From Dehalococcoidia bacterium (GTDB taxonomy: Bacteria; Chloroflexota; Dehalococcoidia; UBA2979), in NCBI GenBank assembly GCA_965262725.1, contig OZ253555.1, forward strand, positions 480,001-544,000: 64,000 nt of DNA, read 5' to 3'. This document shows, piece by piece, positions 20,072 through 30,049 of the stretch. Numbering within the stretch: position 1 is the stretch's first letter; every line of letters starts with the position of its first letter. Position numbers and translations under genes: made by a program. The notes under the pieces were generated by a model. That model worked only from the letters and a program-made list of their open reading frames with translations. It was not told where the DNA came from and searched no databases.

Positions 20072-21396
20072 GAGGCGAGGATCGCGTCGAGGCGGTCGGC
20101 GGAGGCCGAGGGGCCGACCACGGCGAGGGCCGGCGGCGCGGCGAAGAGAGCTGCGGCGACGCGCTGGACGTCCCGGGCGCTCACCGCCCGCAGCGCGGCC
20201 ACCGAGTCCTCGACGCGCTCGATCTCGCCGTCCTGCAGGAGCTGGTCCCCGAGGCGCTGGCCGACGGCCATCGGGGTCTCGAGCGAGAGGCGGAATCCCC
20301 CGACGGCGTAGTCGATGGTGCGGCGGAGCTCCTCCTCCCCCACCGGTTCGGCGACGAGCCGGTGGAGCTCTGCCACGATCACCTCCAGCGCCTCTTCCTG
20401 GTGCTCGCGCGTCACCCCCGCCGTGATCGCGACCGCGCCGATGTCGCGGAGGCGACCCACACGCGCCGCGACGGAGTAGGCGAGGCCGCGCCGCTCGCGC
20501 ACCTCCTGGAAGAGCCGCGACGACATGCCGCGCCCGAGGAGCGTGACGAGCACCTCCAGGGCGTAGCGATCGGGATCGCGCCGCCCGCCGCACTGCACGG
20601 CGAGGGCGAGGTTGACCTGCTCGATGTCGCGCTCCTCGACGCGGATGCGCTCCTCCGGGAGGCCCGGGGTCGCCGCTTCGACGGGGAGGCGCGGGCCGGG
20701 GGCGAGCTCTGTGAAATGCCGAGCTGCCTCCTCGACGACGGCTGAGTGCTCGATGTTGCCCGCGACCGAGAGCACGGCGTTCCCCCCTGTGTAGTGGGAG
20801 TCGATGTGTGAGGCGAGCTCGCCACGGTCGATGGCGGCCACCGTCTCGAGCGTGCCGGCGACCGGCCGGCCCACCGGCTGGTCGCCGAACGTGACCCTCT
20901 GCAGCAGCTCGCCGGTCCAGGCCGTCGGGTTGTCGTGCGCGCGGCGGATCTCCTGCTGCACGACTGTGCGCTCGCGCTCCACCTCCTCGGAGGCGAGGAG
21001 CGAGTGCTGGATCATGTCCGCGAGCACCTCGATGCCCGTCTCCCAGCGCTCGAAGGGGAGGCGGTTCCAGTAGCAGGTCAGCTCGCGCGTGGTGAAGGCG
21101 TTCAGTCCCCCGCCGGCGCCCTCGACGGCCTCGCTGATCTCGGGCGCCGTGGGGCGATTCTCCGTCCCCTTGAAGAGCATGTGCTCCAGGTAGTGCGAGA
21201 CGCCGCCCACCTCGGGGCGCTCCGCCCGCGAGCCGACGCCGACGAAGAAGGAGACGGAGGCGGACTGCGCGGTCGGCACGCTCGACGTGATCACCCGCAG
21301 CCCGCCATCAAGTACGGTGAGGTCGTAGGAATCGGGAGCGGATCGCGTGGAGGGTCCGGCCGCGCCGGCAGGCGTCCTCGGGGGGAGATCGGGCAC
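20068..21396 (-). CDS. M16 family (pitrilysin-like) zinc peptidase
   Basis: GSRAE...GVSHYLEHMLFKGT (HxxEH), NAFT, SSRLFQEVRERRGLAY. Confidence 0.92.
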   Translation of the reverse strand: MPDLPPRTPAGAAGPSTRSAPDSYDLTVLDGGLRVITSSVPTAQSASVSFFVGVGSRAERPEVGGVSHYLEHMLFKGTENRPTAPEISEAVEGAGGGLNAFTTRELTCYWNRLPFERWETGIEVLADMIQHSLLASEEVERERTVVQQEIRRAHDNPTAWTGELLQRVTFGDQPVGRPVAGTLETVAAIDRGELASHIDSHYTGGNAVLSVAGNIEHSAVVEEAARHFTELAPGPRLPVEAATPGLPEERIRVEERDIEQVNLALAVQCGGRRDPDRYALEVLVTLLGRGMSSRLFQEVRERRGLAYSVAARVGRLRDIGAVAITAGVTREHQEEALEVIVAELHRLVAEPVGEEELRRTIDYAVGGFRLSLETPMAVGQRLGDQLLQDGEIERVEDSVAALRAVSARDVQRVAAALFAAPPALAVVGPSASADRLDAILAS

Positions 21397-21513
21397 GGCT
21401 GCTCGCTTCTCTGTGGCTCGCCCGGGCGGGCGACGCCGGACGCGCGGGTTCCGTCAGGCTAGGGCCGCCCTCGGCGTGGCGGCAAGCCGCCGGCGAGCCG
21501 GGTCGGCCGGGCG

Positions 21514-21918
21514 GTGGGGGTGGTCGTGATCGACGTCCGGATGAGCGACATTCTCGCGGAGCGGGCGCTCTCGGGTGAGATGCGCCTGCGCCTCGCCTAC
21601 GAGGCGGGGATGTGCGCCGGCGACGTTCTCAGGCGCGAGGGCTTTCGCGGCGAGGAGCTGCAGGCGATCCTCACCATGGTCAACGGCGAGCAGCGCCCGC
21701 ACGCGCATCCCCTGGCGGACGGCGACACGGTGGAGCTCGTCATCCCGATGGTGGGCGGGGGGCCGGAGCCGCCCGCGCCGCGGGACTCGTTGACAGGGCC
21801 GCGTGCCCTCGGGATGATGCCAGTGTCCCGCGGTCGGCCCCCGAAATCTCCCCCCGGCGGCGCGCAGCACTCCCCCGAGGTCGCGGCGTCCGCGGCTGAT
21901 GTGACTGGGGTGGGATGA
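21514..21918 (+). CDS. MoaD/ThiS-like ubiquitin-fold protein with C-terminal extension after GG
   Basis: MVNGE...LADGDTVELVIPMVGG, then about 52 further residues. Confidence 0.6.
   Translation: MGVVVIDVRMSDILAERALSGEMRLRLAYEAGMCAGDVLRREGFRGEELQAILTMVNGEQRPHAHPLADGDTVELVIPMVGGGPEPPAPRDSLTGPRALGMMPVSRGRPPKSPPGGAQHSPEVAASAADVTGVG
21790..21818 (+). promoter_or_regulatory. Sigma70-type promoter for pyrG
   Basis: TTGACA (21790-95), 17 nt, GATGAT (21813-18); about 100 nt upstream of the pyrG ATG. Confidence 0.6.
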
Positions 21919-23576
21919 CCAAGTACGTCTTCGTCACGGGCGGCGTCGTGAGCTCCGTGGGGAAGGGAATCGTCACCGCCTCGCTGGGGCGGATCCTCAA
22001 GTCGAGCGGGCACTCCGTCTCCATTCTCAAGCTCGACCCCTACATCAACGTCGATCCCGGCACGATGTCCCCGTACCAGCACGGCGAGGTCTTCGTGACC
22101 GACGACGGCGCCGAGACCGACCTCGATCTCGGCCACTACGAGCGCTTCCTGGACACCGATTTCCTCGCCACCAACTCCACCTCGACCGGTCAGGTCTTCG
22201 AGGAGGTGATCCGCAAGGAGCGGCGCGGCGACTACCTCGGCGGGACGATCCAGGCGATCCCGCACATCACGAACGAGATCCGCCGCCGCATCCGGCTCGC
22301 GGGCCAGGCGCTCTCAGCCGAGATCGTGATCGTCGAGGTCGGCGGGACGGTCGGCGACATGGAGGGCCAGCCCTTCCTGGAGGCGATCAGCCAGGTCCGC
22401 TACGCGCTCCCCGAGCACGAGACGATGTCCATCCACGTCACGCTGCTGCCCTACATCCGGGCGACCCGCGAGCTGAAGACGAAGCCGACGCAGCACTCGG
22501 TCCGGGAGCTCCGCTCCTACGGCATCCAGCCCGACGTCCTGGTGACGCGCGCGGACGAGCCGGTCGACGAGGCGCTGCGCGAGAAGCTCTCGCTCTTCTG
22601 CAACGTCGAGAAGTCGACGGTGATCCCGCTCGAGACCGCCGACTCCATCTACGAGGTGCCTCTGATACTCGAGACGGCGGGGCTCTCCGGGATCGTGGCG
22701 CGCGCGCTCGCTCTCCCGGAGCGGCGCCCCGAGCTCGACCAGTGGCGCGCCTTCGTCGCCAGGCTGAGGCGCCCGGCCGAGGGCGTGCGCATCGCCATCG
22801 TCGGGAAGTACGTGGAGCTCCACGACGCCTACCTCTCGATCAAGGAGGCGCTCGTGCACGCCGCCGCGCACCACGAGGCCAGGCTCGAGCCGGTGTGGGT
22901 GCACTCGGAGGAGCTCGAGTCCCGCGATCCCGCCTCCGTGATCGGCGCCGTCGACGGCATCCTGCTCTGCCCGGGTTTCGGCGACCGGGGCCTGGAGGGG
23001 AAGATCGCCGCGGTGCGCCACGCCCGCGAGCAGCGCATCCCCTACCTCGGCGACTGCCTCGGGATGCAGATGCTCGTCTGCGAGTTCGCGCGCAACGTCG
23101 CCGGGATGCCCGAAGCGAACACGACCGAGGCCGACCCGCGCACGCCCTTCCCGGTGATCTCGCTCCTCTCCGAGCAGCAGGGCGTCCACGAGCTCGGCGG
23201 CACGATGCGGCTCGGGGGCTACGACTGCCGGCTGGTCCCCGGGACGCACGCCCACGCCGCCTACGGGCGGGACGTGGTCAGGGAGCGCCACCGCCACCGC
23301 TACGAGGTGAACGGCGCCCTCTTCGGGGCGCTCGAGCGGCACGGGCTGCGCGCCGCCGGCCACACGCTCGACGGGCAGCTCGTCGAGATCGTGGAAGTCG
23401 TCGACCATCCCTGGATGGTGGGGGCGCAGTTCCACCCGGAGTTCACCTCGCGTCCCGGGCGGCCCAACCCGCTCTTCCGCGACTTCGTGGGCGCGGCGCT
23501 GGAGCGGGCGCGCGGGGGCGGTCATGCGCAGGTCGTCGCGGCCGCGTCCGAGGGGCGCGAGGTCCCGAGCGCGTGA
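21915..23576 (+). CDS. pyrG: CTP synthase
   Basis: MTKYVFVTGGVVSSVGKG, KTKPTQHSV, GDCLGMQ, ERHRHRYE, QFHPEF. Confidence 0.98.
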   Translation: MTKYVFVTGGVVSSVGKGIVTASLGRILKSSGHSVSILKLDPYINVDPGTMSPYQHGEVFVTDDGAETDLDLGHYERFLDTDFLATNSTSTGQVFEEVIRKERRGDYLGGTIQAIPHITNEIRRRIRLAGQALSAEIVIVEVGGTVGDMEGQPFLEAISQVRYALPEHETMSIHVTLLPYIRATRELKTKPTQHSVRELRSYGIQPDVLVTRADEPVDEALREKLSLFCNVEKSTVIPLETADSIYEVPLILETAGLSGIVARALALPERRPELDQWRAFVARLRRPAEGVRIAIVGKYVELHDAYLSIKEALVHAAAHHEARLEPVWVHSEELESRDPASVIGAVDGILLCPGFGDRGLEGKIAAVRHAREQRIPYLGDCLGMQMLVCEFARNVAGMPEANTTEADPRTPFPVISLLSEQQGVHELGGTMRLGGYDCRLVPGTHAHAAYGRDVVRERHRHRYEVNGALFGALERHGLRAAGHTLDGQLVEIVEVVDHPWMVGAQFHPEFTSRPGRPNPLFRDFVGAALERARGGGHAQVVAAASEGREVPSA

Positions 23577-24037
23577 CGCTCAGGCTTCTCCACCTGCTCG
23601 CGCTGTTCTGGATGATGGGCGGACTCGGGGCCACCATGATCCCGCTCTGGCGGGCGTGGCGCACCGCCGCCCTCGAGGAGCGGACGCAGCTTCTGGTGCA
23701 GGCGCGCGGCAACCAGGTGCTCTGGCTGGTGCCGGGGATGATCGCGGCCGCGGTCACCGGCTTCGCGTGGGCGGCCGCCGACGACTGGAACCCCATCACC
23801 ACCGGGTGGCTGGTGGCGCTCGAGGCCGTCTTCGCCCTCGACATCCTGCTCTTCCTGCCGCTTCTGGCGGTGGGGCTCAGGCGGGTGGAGCTGCTCGCTC
23901 GCATCGCGCGCCGCGACGGCGTCGAGTCGGAGGAGCTACGCGACGCGCTCGCCGACAACGTGCCGGTGGTGTTCGGCACGCTGATCGTGGTGACGGTGCC
24001 GCTGATGACGTGGCTCCCGGTGGCGAAGCCCTTCTGA
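23573..24037 (+). CDS. DUF2269-like membrane protein
   Basis: LRLLHLLA N-terminus, four TMs, C-terminal WLPVAKPF; GTG overlaps the pyrG stop. Confidence 0.65.
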   Translation: MTLRLLHLLALFWMMGGLGATMIPLWRAWRTAALEERTQLLVQARGNQVLWLVPGMIAAAVTGFAWAAADDWNPITTGWLVALEAVFALDILLFLPLLAVGLRRVELLARIARRDGVESEELRDALADNVPVVFGTLIVVTVPLMTWLPVAKPF

Positions 24038-24069
24038 GGCGACGGCTCGGGGCGCCGCGCCGCCCTCCC

Positions 24070-24099
24070 TTGTGAGTGGGCGGGCCGAGTGGGTATGAT
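24070..24099 (+). promoter_or_regulatory. Sigma70-type promoter for rho
   Basis: TTGTGA, 18 nt, TATGAT. Confidence 0.5.
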
Positions 24100-24297
24100 G
24101 CGCTCCTAGGCAGCTTCCTGCCGGTCGCGTCCTTCATGCCCTCGGACCCGAAGCGAACTGCGTGGCATATGGTCGACACCCCTTCACACGGGAATGTTGA
24201 GACGTCGGCTGATGCCGAGGTCGGGAGCGCTGGATCCCCGCGCGACCCGGCGAACATCTCGCCGCCCGGCGGTGAGTCGAGTGCGGAGCGAAGTCCC

Positions 24298-25788
24298 ATG
24301 GTGAACGAGAACGGCGACGGTCGAAGCGAGGTTGGCGAGCCGGAAGCTCCGTCGACCGCAGGCACGAGCAGCGTGCGGGAGCGGGCTACCCGCGGGACGC
24401 GCCGGCCCGGCCGACCGCCGCGTGGCCGCGGATCCCGCAACGGCCGCGAGGTGCGGGATCCGCGCTTGCTGCGCGACGACATGCCCGACGAGGAGGAGTA
24501 CGCCGCACCGCGCGCATCGGACGTGCCGCCGCTCAACATCGCCGATCTGGAGCGGCAGGGGCGCGATCAGCTGATCGTCCTCGCCGAGAGCCTCGAGGTC
24601 GGCGAGGCGGCCGCGATGTCGAAGCCGGAGCTGATATTCCGGATCCTGCAGCGCCAGGCGGCGCGCAACGGGACCATCTACTCGGGCGGCGTGCTCGCGG
24701 TCGTCGACGACGGCTTCGGCTTCCTCCGGGGCGATCGTTTCGTGCCGGGACCGAGCGACGTCTACGTCTCGCAGTCGCAGGTGCGCCGCTTCGGACTGCG
24801 CTCCGGCGACTACGTCACCGGGCAGGTGCGGCAGCCGAAGGATCAGGAGAAGTACTACGGGCTGCTGAGGGTGGAGGCCGTCAACGGCATCGACCCGGAG
24901 CAGGCGAAGAGGCGCCCCAACTTCGAGGACCTCACGCCGATCTTCCCGAACCGCAAGCTCCAGCTCGAGACGCGCCCGGACGAGCTCTCGCAGCGCCTCG
25001 TCGACCTCTTCGCGCCCGTGGGCCGCGGGCAGCGCGCGCTCATCGTCTCCCCGCCCAAGGCCGGCAAGACGATGCTGCTTAAGTCCATCGCACACGGCAT
25101 CACCGCGAACCACCCCGACATCCACCTCATGGTGCTGCTCATCGGCGAGCGGCCCGAGGAGGTGACGGACATGCAGCGCTCCGTGCGCGGCGAGGTGGTT
25201 GCCTCGACCTTCGATGAGCCGGTCGAGGATCACACGCGCGTCTCGGAGGTCGCGCTCGAGCGGGCGAAGCGCCTGGTCGAGGGCGGGACCGACGTCGTCA
25301 TCCTGATGGACTCGGTGACGAGGCTCGCGCGCGCCTACAACCTCGCGATGCCGACCAGCGGCCGCACGCTCTCCGGCGGCATGGACCCGATCGCGCTCTA
25401 CCCGCCGAAGCGGTTCTTCGGCGCCGCGCGCAACACGGAGGAGGGCGGGTCGCTGACCATCATCGCGACCTGCCTGGTCGAGACCGGATCGCGCATGGAC
25501 GACGTGATCTTCGAGGAGTTCAAGGGCACCGGGAACATGGAGGTGCGGCTGGTCAGGCGCCTCGCCGAGAAGAGGGTCTACCCCGCCATCGACGTGCTCG
25601 CCTCCTCGACGCGGCGCGAGGACCTGCTCTTCAGCGAGGAGCAGCTGCGCCAGGTCTGGCTGCTGCGCCGCATGGCCTCGATGCTCGAGGACAACAACGA
25701 GGAGGCCACCGAGCGCGTGATCGATCGCGTCAGCCGCACCGAGAGCAACCAGGAGTTCCTCTCCACGCTCAAGACCGATCCCGTCTAG
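24298..25788 (+). CDS. rho: Transcription termination factor Rho (start 24298 or 24169)
   Basis: [48 protein letters not shown]. Confidence 0.97.
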   Translation: MVNENGDGRSEVGEPEAPSTAGTSSVRERATRGTRRPGRPPRGRGSRNGREVRDPRLLRDDMPDEEEYAAPRASDVPPLNIADLERQGRDQLIVLAESLEVGEAAAMSKPELIFRILQRQAARNGTIYSGGVLAVVDDGFGFLRGDRFVPGPSDVYVSQSQVRRFGLRSGDYVTGQVRQPKDQEKYYGLLRVEAVNGIDPEQAKRRPNFEDLTPIFPNRKLQLETRPDELSQRLVDLFAPVGRGQRALIVSPPKAGKTMLLKSIAHGITANHPDIHLMVLLIGERPEEVTDMQRSVRGEVVASTFDEPVEDHTRVSEVALERAKRLVEGGTDVVILMDSVTRLARAYNLAMPTSGRTLSGGMDPIALYPPKRFFGAARNTEEGGSLTIIATCLVETGSRMDDVIFEEFKGTGNMEVRLVRRLAEKRVYPAIDVLASSTRREDLLFSEEQLRQVWLLRRMASMLEDNNEEATERVIDRVSRTESNQEFLSTLKTDPV

Positions 25789-26099
25789 ACGCGGGAGTCC
25801 GTGCGTCCCGCAGCGCCGGCCGCCGGCGGGCGCATCCCGCCGCCGTGATACACTCGCGCCACCCCGACGCCTTGCGAAGGGCATCACAAGGTTGGCCGGG
25901 GACGGGAAATTCCTCCGGGGCGTGCTTCTTCTGCATGCTCCTGCACGGACCGGGGTAGACCGGCCGGTGCCGGAGGGAGGATCCGATACCGGGAACCCTC
26001 CTACCGCCGTCTCGCCGCCGGACCCGTCCATCGGGCGCTGCGCTGCGCCCGCTCCCGCCGACGGGCGATCTCCACCTCGCCCGGCGCCGCAGCCTCGTC

Positions 26100-27173
26100 A
26101 TGCACGGGGGACTGCTCTCGGTGATCGCGGCGCTCGTGCTCGCGACCGGCGCGCTCCCCGAGCCCGCGCCGCCGCCCGGGGCCGAGGCCGGGCCGCCGCC
26201 TGAGCTTCAGCTTCAGCAGCTCACGATCCCCGGGCTCGCGGCGACGGCGCGTGTCTCCGCGGTGCGCGAGCTGGAGGCGCTCCCCATCACCCTCACCGTC
26301 ATCACACCGCCGGTCACGGCCAGCGAGGTGCTGGATGCGTACGATCAGACCGGGGCCGCGCTCGCCGCGCTCGTTGAGGAGCAGCGCGACGCCTTCGCCC
26401 TCGTCGCGGTGCCCGAGGCGCGCGCGCCGCAGGCGCTCCCGAGGTTCTTCGACTACGCGATCCTGGAAGGTGACACCATCGGCGCGATCGCGCAGAAGTT
26501 CGGCGTCCGCTCGGACTTCGTCATCTGGAACAACATCCACATCGTGGACGACGCCGACCTGCTGACTATCGGCGACGTGCTCCGCGTTCCCAGCGTGGAG
26601 GGCATCCTCCACGACGTGCGGTTCGGGCAGACGCTCACGGAGATCGCGGACATCTACGAGGCCAACGTCCAGGACATCATCAACTTCCCGGCCAACGCGA
26701 TCAGCGACCCGAATGTGCTCACGGACGGGGATACGCTCCTGGTCGTGGGCGGCGAGCGTATCCCGCCGCCGTGGCAATCCTCGATCGTGATCTTCACCCG
26801 CGAGGAGTCCGCCACCGGCTTCATCTGGCCCGTCGTCGGCTACATCACCTCCTACTTCGGGCCGACGCACCGGCTCGGGATCGACATCAACGCGCCGTTC
26901 GTGCCCGTCGCCGCGGCGCAAGCGGGTCAGGTCGTCTTCGCCGGCGGCAACGCGTGCTGCTCCTACGGCCTCTACGTCGACATCGTCCACGCGGGCGGAT
27001 ACGAGACGCGCTACGGGCACTTCTCGGCGATCAACGTCTCCATCGGCGAGCGGGTGGAGCAGGGGCAGGTCATCGGAGTGAGCGGCAGCACCGGCCGCTC
27101 GACGGGGCCGCACGTGCACTTCGAGATCCGCCGCAACGGCTACATCCTGAACCCGCTGCGCTTCCTGCCGTAG
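26100..27173 (+). CDS. LysM x2 + M23 metallopeptidase
   Basis: GDTIGAIAQKFG and GQTLTEIADIY LysM repeats; HRLGIDI, YGH, STGRSTGPHVHFEIR. Confidence 0.92.
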   Translation: MHGGLLSVIAALVLATGALPEPAPPPGAEAGPPPELQLQQLTIPGLAATARVSAVRELEALPITLTVITPPVTASEVLDAYDQTGAALAALVEEQRDAFALVAVPEARAPQALPRFFDYAILEGDTIGAIAQKFGVRSDFVIWNNIHIVDDADLLTIGDVLRVPSVEGILHDVRFGQTLTEIADIYEANVQDIINFPANAISDPNVLTDGDTLLVVGGERIPPPWQSSIVIFTREESATGFIWPVVGYITSYFGPTHRLGIDINAPFVPVAAAQAGQVVFAGGNACCSYGLYVDIVHAGGYETRYGHFSAINVSIGERVEQGQVIGVSGSTGRSTGPHVHFEIRRNGYILNPLRFLP

Positions 27174-27438
27174 CGGCATCGACGGCGGTTGACGACCGTC
27201 AGATTCTCCGCTGGACCGGACTGAGCCGACGGCGAGAACCGGACGGCCACCCGCCGCCGCGCCCGCGCGGGGCCCGGTGGAGGCGACGGGTCGGCACCGC
27301 CCGGCGACAGCGCTCCGGCGCCACTCAGACGTGACGTCCCGGCGGTGGTCGACGTGCTCGCCGCCGGGTGCGTCCCCGCAGCCAGTGGCGTACCGGGTGA
27401 CCTGGCGAGCGCGAGCCGGTTGGGGACGGTGGTACCCG

Positions 27439-28095
27439 CTATCCGCGCGACTCGAGCAGCAGCACGCGCGTCGTGTCGCCGAGGCCGCGGCGCTGGAGCG
27501 TCAGCCGGGAGACCGGCTCCTCCGCCTCGATCCCGAGGGCGGTGAGGTAGGCGGAGAGCTCCGCGCTCGCGCCGGAGCCGTCGCGCACGAAGCAGATCGG
27601 GATCACGACGCGGGGGTCGAGCTCGCGCGTCATGCGCGCGGCGGCGCTTGCGCCGAGCGCCGACTCGCCGCCCACCGGGACTACCAGCACGTCGATGTCG
27701 GCGAGCTGCTCCATCTCCGTGTGAGTGGGCGCGATCCCCGTCCCGCCGAGGTGTGCGAGGCGGAGCTGCTCCGCCTCCAGCACGAAGACGACGTTGCGCC
27801 CCTCCGGCGCCTGCGGATCCCCGCCCCCGCCGCGACGGGCGGGGCCGAGCTGGGTGGCGACGCCGAGGAGCTGCATGCCCTCGATCTCGTACTCGCCGGG
27901 ACGGCTCAGCGCGACGGGCTCCCCGCGCACGCCGGCCGTGTGGGCGTGCGCCGGGTGGTCGTGGCTGATGGTGACGATCGCGGCCGTGGGGCGGCCCATA
28001 TCGACGCCGGCGGAGCGAGCGGCCGGGTCCATCACGACCGCCGCGGTGCGCGTCCGCACGCGGATCGCTGCGTGCCCGAGCCACGTGATGTCCAC
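27439..28095 (-). CDS. MBL-fold metallo-hydrolase
   Basis: MDITWLGHA, TISHDHPAH, LAHLG, VPVGG, PRVVIP. Confidence 0.85.
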   Translation of the reverse strand: MDITWLGHAAIRVRTRTAAVVMDPAARSAGVDMGRPTAAIVTISHDHPAHAHTAGVRGEPVALSRPGEYEIEGMQLLGVATQLGPARRGGGGDPQAPEGRNVVFVLEAEQLRLAHLGGTGIAPTHTEMEQLADIDVLVVPVGGESALGASAAARMTRELDPRVVIPICFVRDGSGASAELSAYLTALGIEAEEPVSRLTLQRRGLGDTTRVLLLESRG

Positions 28096-28198
28096 GACTG
28101 CCCCCTCGCGCGGAGCGCGCCCCCGCCGGGCGGCATGCTACGGCGGTGCTCCCCAAGCCGCCACGAGCGCGGGAAAGCTCCTGCTCCTGCGCCTGCGG

Positions 28199-29320
28199 CT
28201 ACGGCTGCGCGGCGGGGGAGGCGAGAGGACCGGGAACGGCCGCGAGCCTCCCGGGCTCACGCACGCCGCTCCACTCGACGACGGTGGCGCCCCAGGTGAA
28301 GCCGCCCCCGAAGGCGACCATGAGCACGCGGTCGCCCGGGGCGAGGCGCCCCTCGGCGACCGCCTCGGCCAGAGCGATTGGGATGCTCGCCGCGGAGGTG
28401 TTCCCGTAGCGCTCGAGGTTCATGTAGACGCGCTCCTCGGAGAGTCCGAGGTTGCGCGCGAAGGCGGAGAGGATGCGCACGTTCGCCTGGTGCGGCATGC
28501 AGAGTGCGATGTCGCTCGCCGCGAGCCCCGCCCCGGCGAGGCAGGTCTGCGCGGCCTCCGTCATCGCCGTGATGGCGTGGCGGAAGACGTTCCGCCCGTC
28601 CATCACGATGCAGCTCGCGACCGCCCGCAGCGGATCGCCCGCTCCGCCGTTGGAGCCGATCCGGAGGGGGCCATGTCCGGCCTCTCCGTCGGCACGCGCG
28701 GAGGCGGGGCCGCGGGCGTACAGCAGGTCTCCGAGCGCCCCATCCGAGCGCAGGACGGGCGAGGCGAGGCCGCCCGGCTCGCCGTCTGGGGCCGGCTCCA
28801 GCACGACGGCGCCGGCGCCGTCCCCGAAGAGGACGCAGGTGCCGCGGTCCGTCCAGTCCACCACGCGGGAGAGCGTCTCCGAGCCCACCACGAGCACGCG
28901 CTCGGCGGAGCCGCTCGTCACGAACTGCGAGCCCACCGAGAGCGCCGTCAGGAAGCCGGTGCACGCGGCGTTGACGTCGAAGCTGCTGGCGCGGCCGGCG
29001 CCGATGGCGTCCTGGATGACGGTGGCGGTCGCGGGGAACATCCCGTCGGGCGTGCAGGTGGCGCCGATCACGAGGTCGATGTCGGCGCCGGTGAGCCCGG
29101 CGGAGGCGAGGGCCTCCTCCGCGGCGCGCGCGCCCATCGTGCCCGAGGTCTCGTGATCGGCGGCGATGCGGCGCTCCCGGATCCCGGAGCGCTCGACGAT
29201 CCAGTCGTTGGAGGTCTCGACCATCTGCTCGAGCTCGTGGTTGGTGAGCACGCGCTCGGGGAGGTAGCGGCCGACGCCGCTGATGCGCGTGCGGAGGAGC
29301 GCTCCGGGAGCGGGCGTCAT
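28199..29320 (-). CDS. fabH: Beta-ketoacyl-ACP synthase III
   Basis: DVNAACTGF, LFGDGAGA, PHQAN, YGNTSAASIP, FGGGFTWG. Confidence 0.95.
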   Translation of the reverse strand: MTPAPGALLRTRISGVGRYLPERVLTNHELEQMVETSNDWIVERSGIRERRIAADHETSGTMGARAAEEALASAGLTGADIDLVIGATCTPDGMFPATATVIQDAIGAGRASSFDVNAACTGFLTALSVGSQFVTSGSAERVLVVGSETLSRVVDWTDRGTCVLFGDGAGAVVLEPAPDGEPGGLASPVLRSDGALGDLLYARGPASARADGEAGHGPLRIGSNGGAGDPLRAVASCIVMDGRNVFRHAITAMTEAAQTCLAGAGLAASDIALCMPHQANVRILSAFARNLGLSEERVYMNLERYGNTSAASIPIALAEAVAEGRLAPGDRVLMVAFGGGFTWGATVVEWSGVREPGRLAAVPGPLASPAAQP

Positions 29321-29925
29321 CGGCGTCCTCGTCCCGTCCCCGCGGCGCCGCGCGGGGATCGCCCCGCCTCCGGCTCGCCGCTTCCGCGCGCGAGCTCGAC
29401 CTGGAGCTGGCGCAGCGTGCGGTGGTGCAGCGCCTTCACGGCCCCTTCGCTGCGGCCCATCATACGGCCGATCTCGGCGTTCGACATGCCGTGCACGTAC
29501 TTGAGGGCGACGAGCCGCTGGCGGTCCTGGGCGAGCCGGCCGATAGCCTCGCGCACCTGTCCGACGCTCTCGCTGCGCAGGAGGGTCGCCTCGGGCCCCG
29601 GCGTCTCGCTCGGGATCGAGAGGGCGTCCTCAAGAGAGGCGGCCTGTGGCCTGCGGCCGCGGTCGCGGTACCAGTTCGCCAGCAGGTTGTGGGCGATCGT
29701 CATCAGCCAGGCCCCGAAGCCGGAGCCGCGCCCGCGGTACTGGCCGAGGTTCGCGAAGGCCTGCAGGAAGGTTCGCGAGGTGAGCTCCTCGGCGTCCGTC
29801 GGGCGCGAGGTGCGCGAGAGCAGGTAGCGGTAGACGCGGTCGGCGTAGGCTTCGTAGAGCTCGGCGAAGGCATCGGCGTCGGGGGCGGGCGATGCCCCCT
29901 GCCGCGTGTCCCGGGTCGTCGACAT
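29317..29925 (-). CDS. ECF (sigma-70 family) sigma factor
   Basis: FAELYE, DAEELTSRTF, FGAWLMTIAHN, GMSNAEIG...SEGAVK. Confidence 0.9.
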   Translation of the reverse strand: MSTTRDTRQGASPAPDADAFAELYEAYADRVYRYLLSRTSRPTDAEELTSRTFLQAFANLGQYRGRGSGFGAWLMTIAHNLLANWYRDRGRRPQAASLEDALSIPSETPGPEATLLRSESVGQVREAIGRLAQDRQRLVALKYVHGMSNAEIGRMMGRSEGAVKALHHRTLRQLQVELARGSGEPEAGRSPRGAAGTGRGRR

Positions 29926-30049
29926 GGCCGCCCCCGCGTTCGTCGCTCGCTGCGCCGCGTGCCGCCGGGGAGGTAGCGCTCGGCCGCCGCAGTATATGTG
30001 GGACGCCGGGGTTGCCCGGCGCGCGCCCCGGCCGGCCGGGCGGCGGATC

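Noticed and set aside
25790-26099. c-di-AMP (ydaO) riboswitch upstream of LysM/M23
   Set aside because: Only a GACCCGTC word resembles the consensus; GAATC and GCTAAC cores are absent, and part of the region is probably coding.
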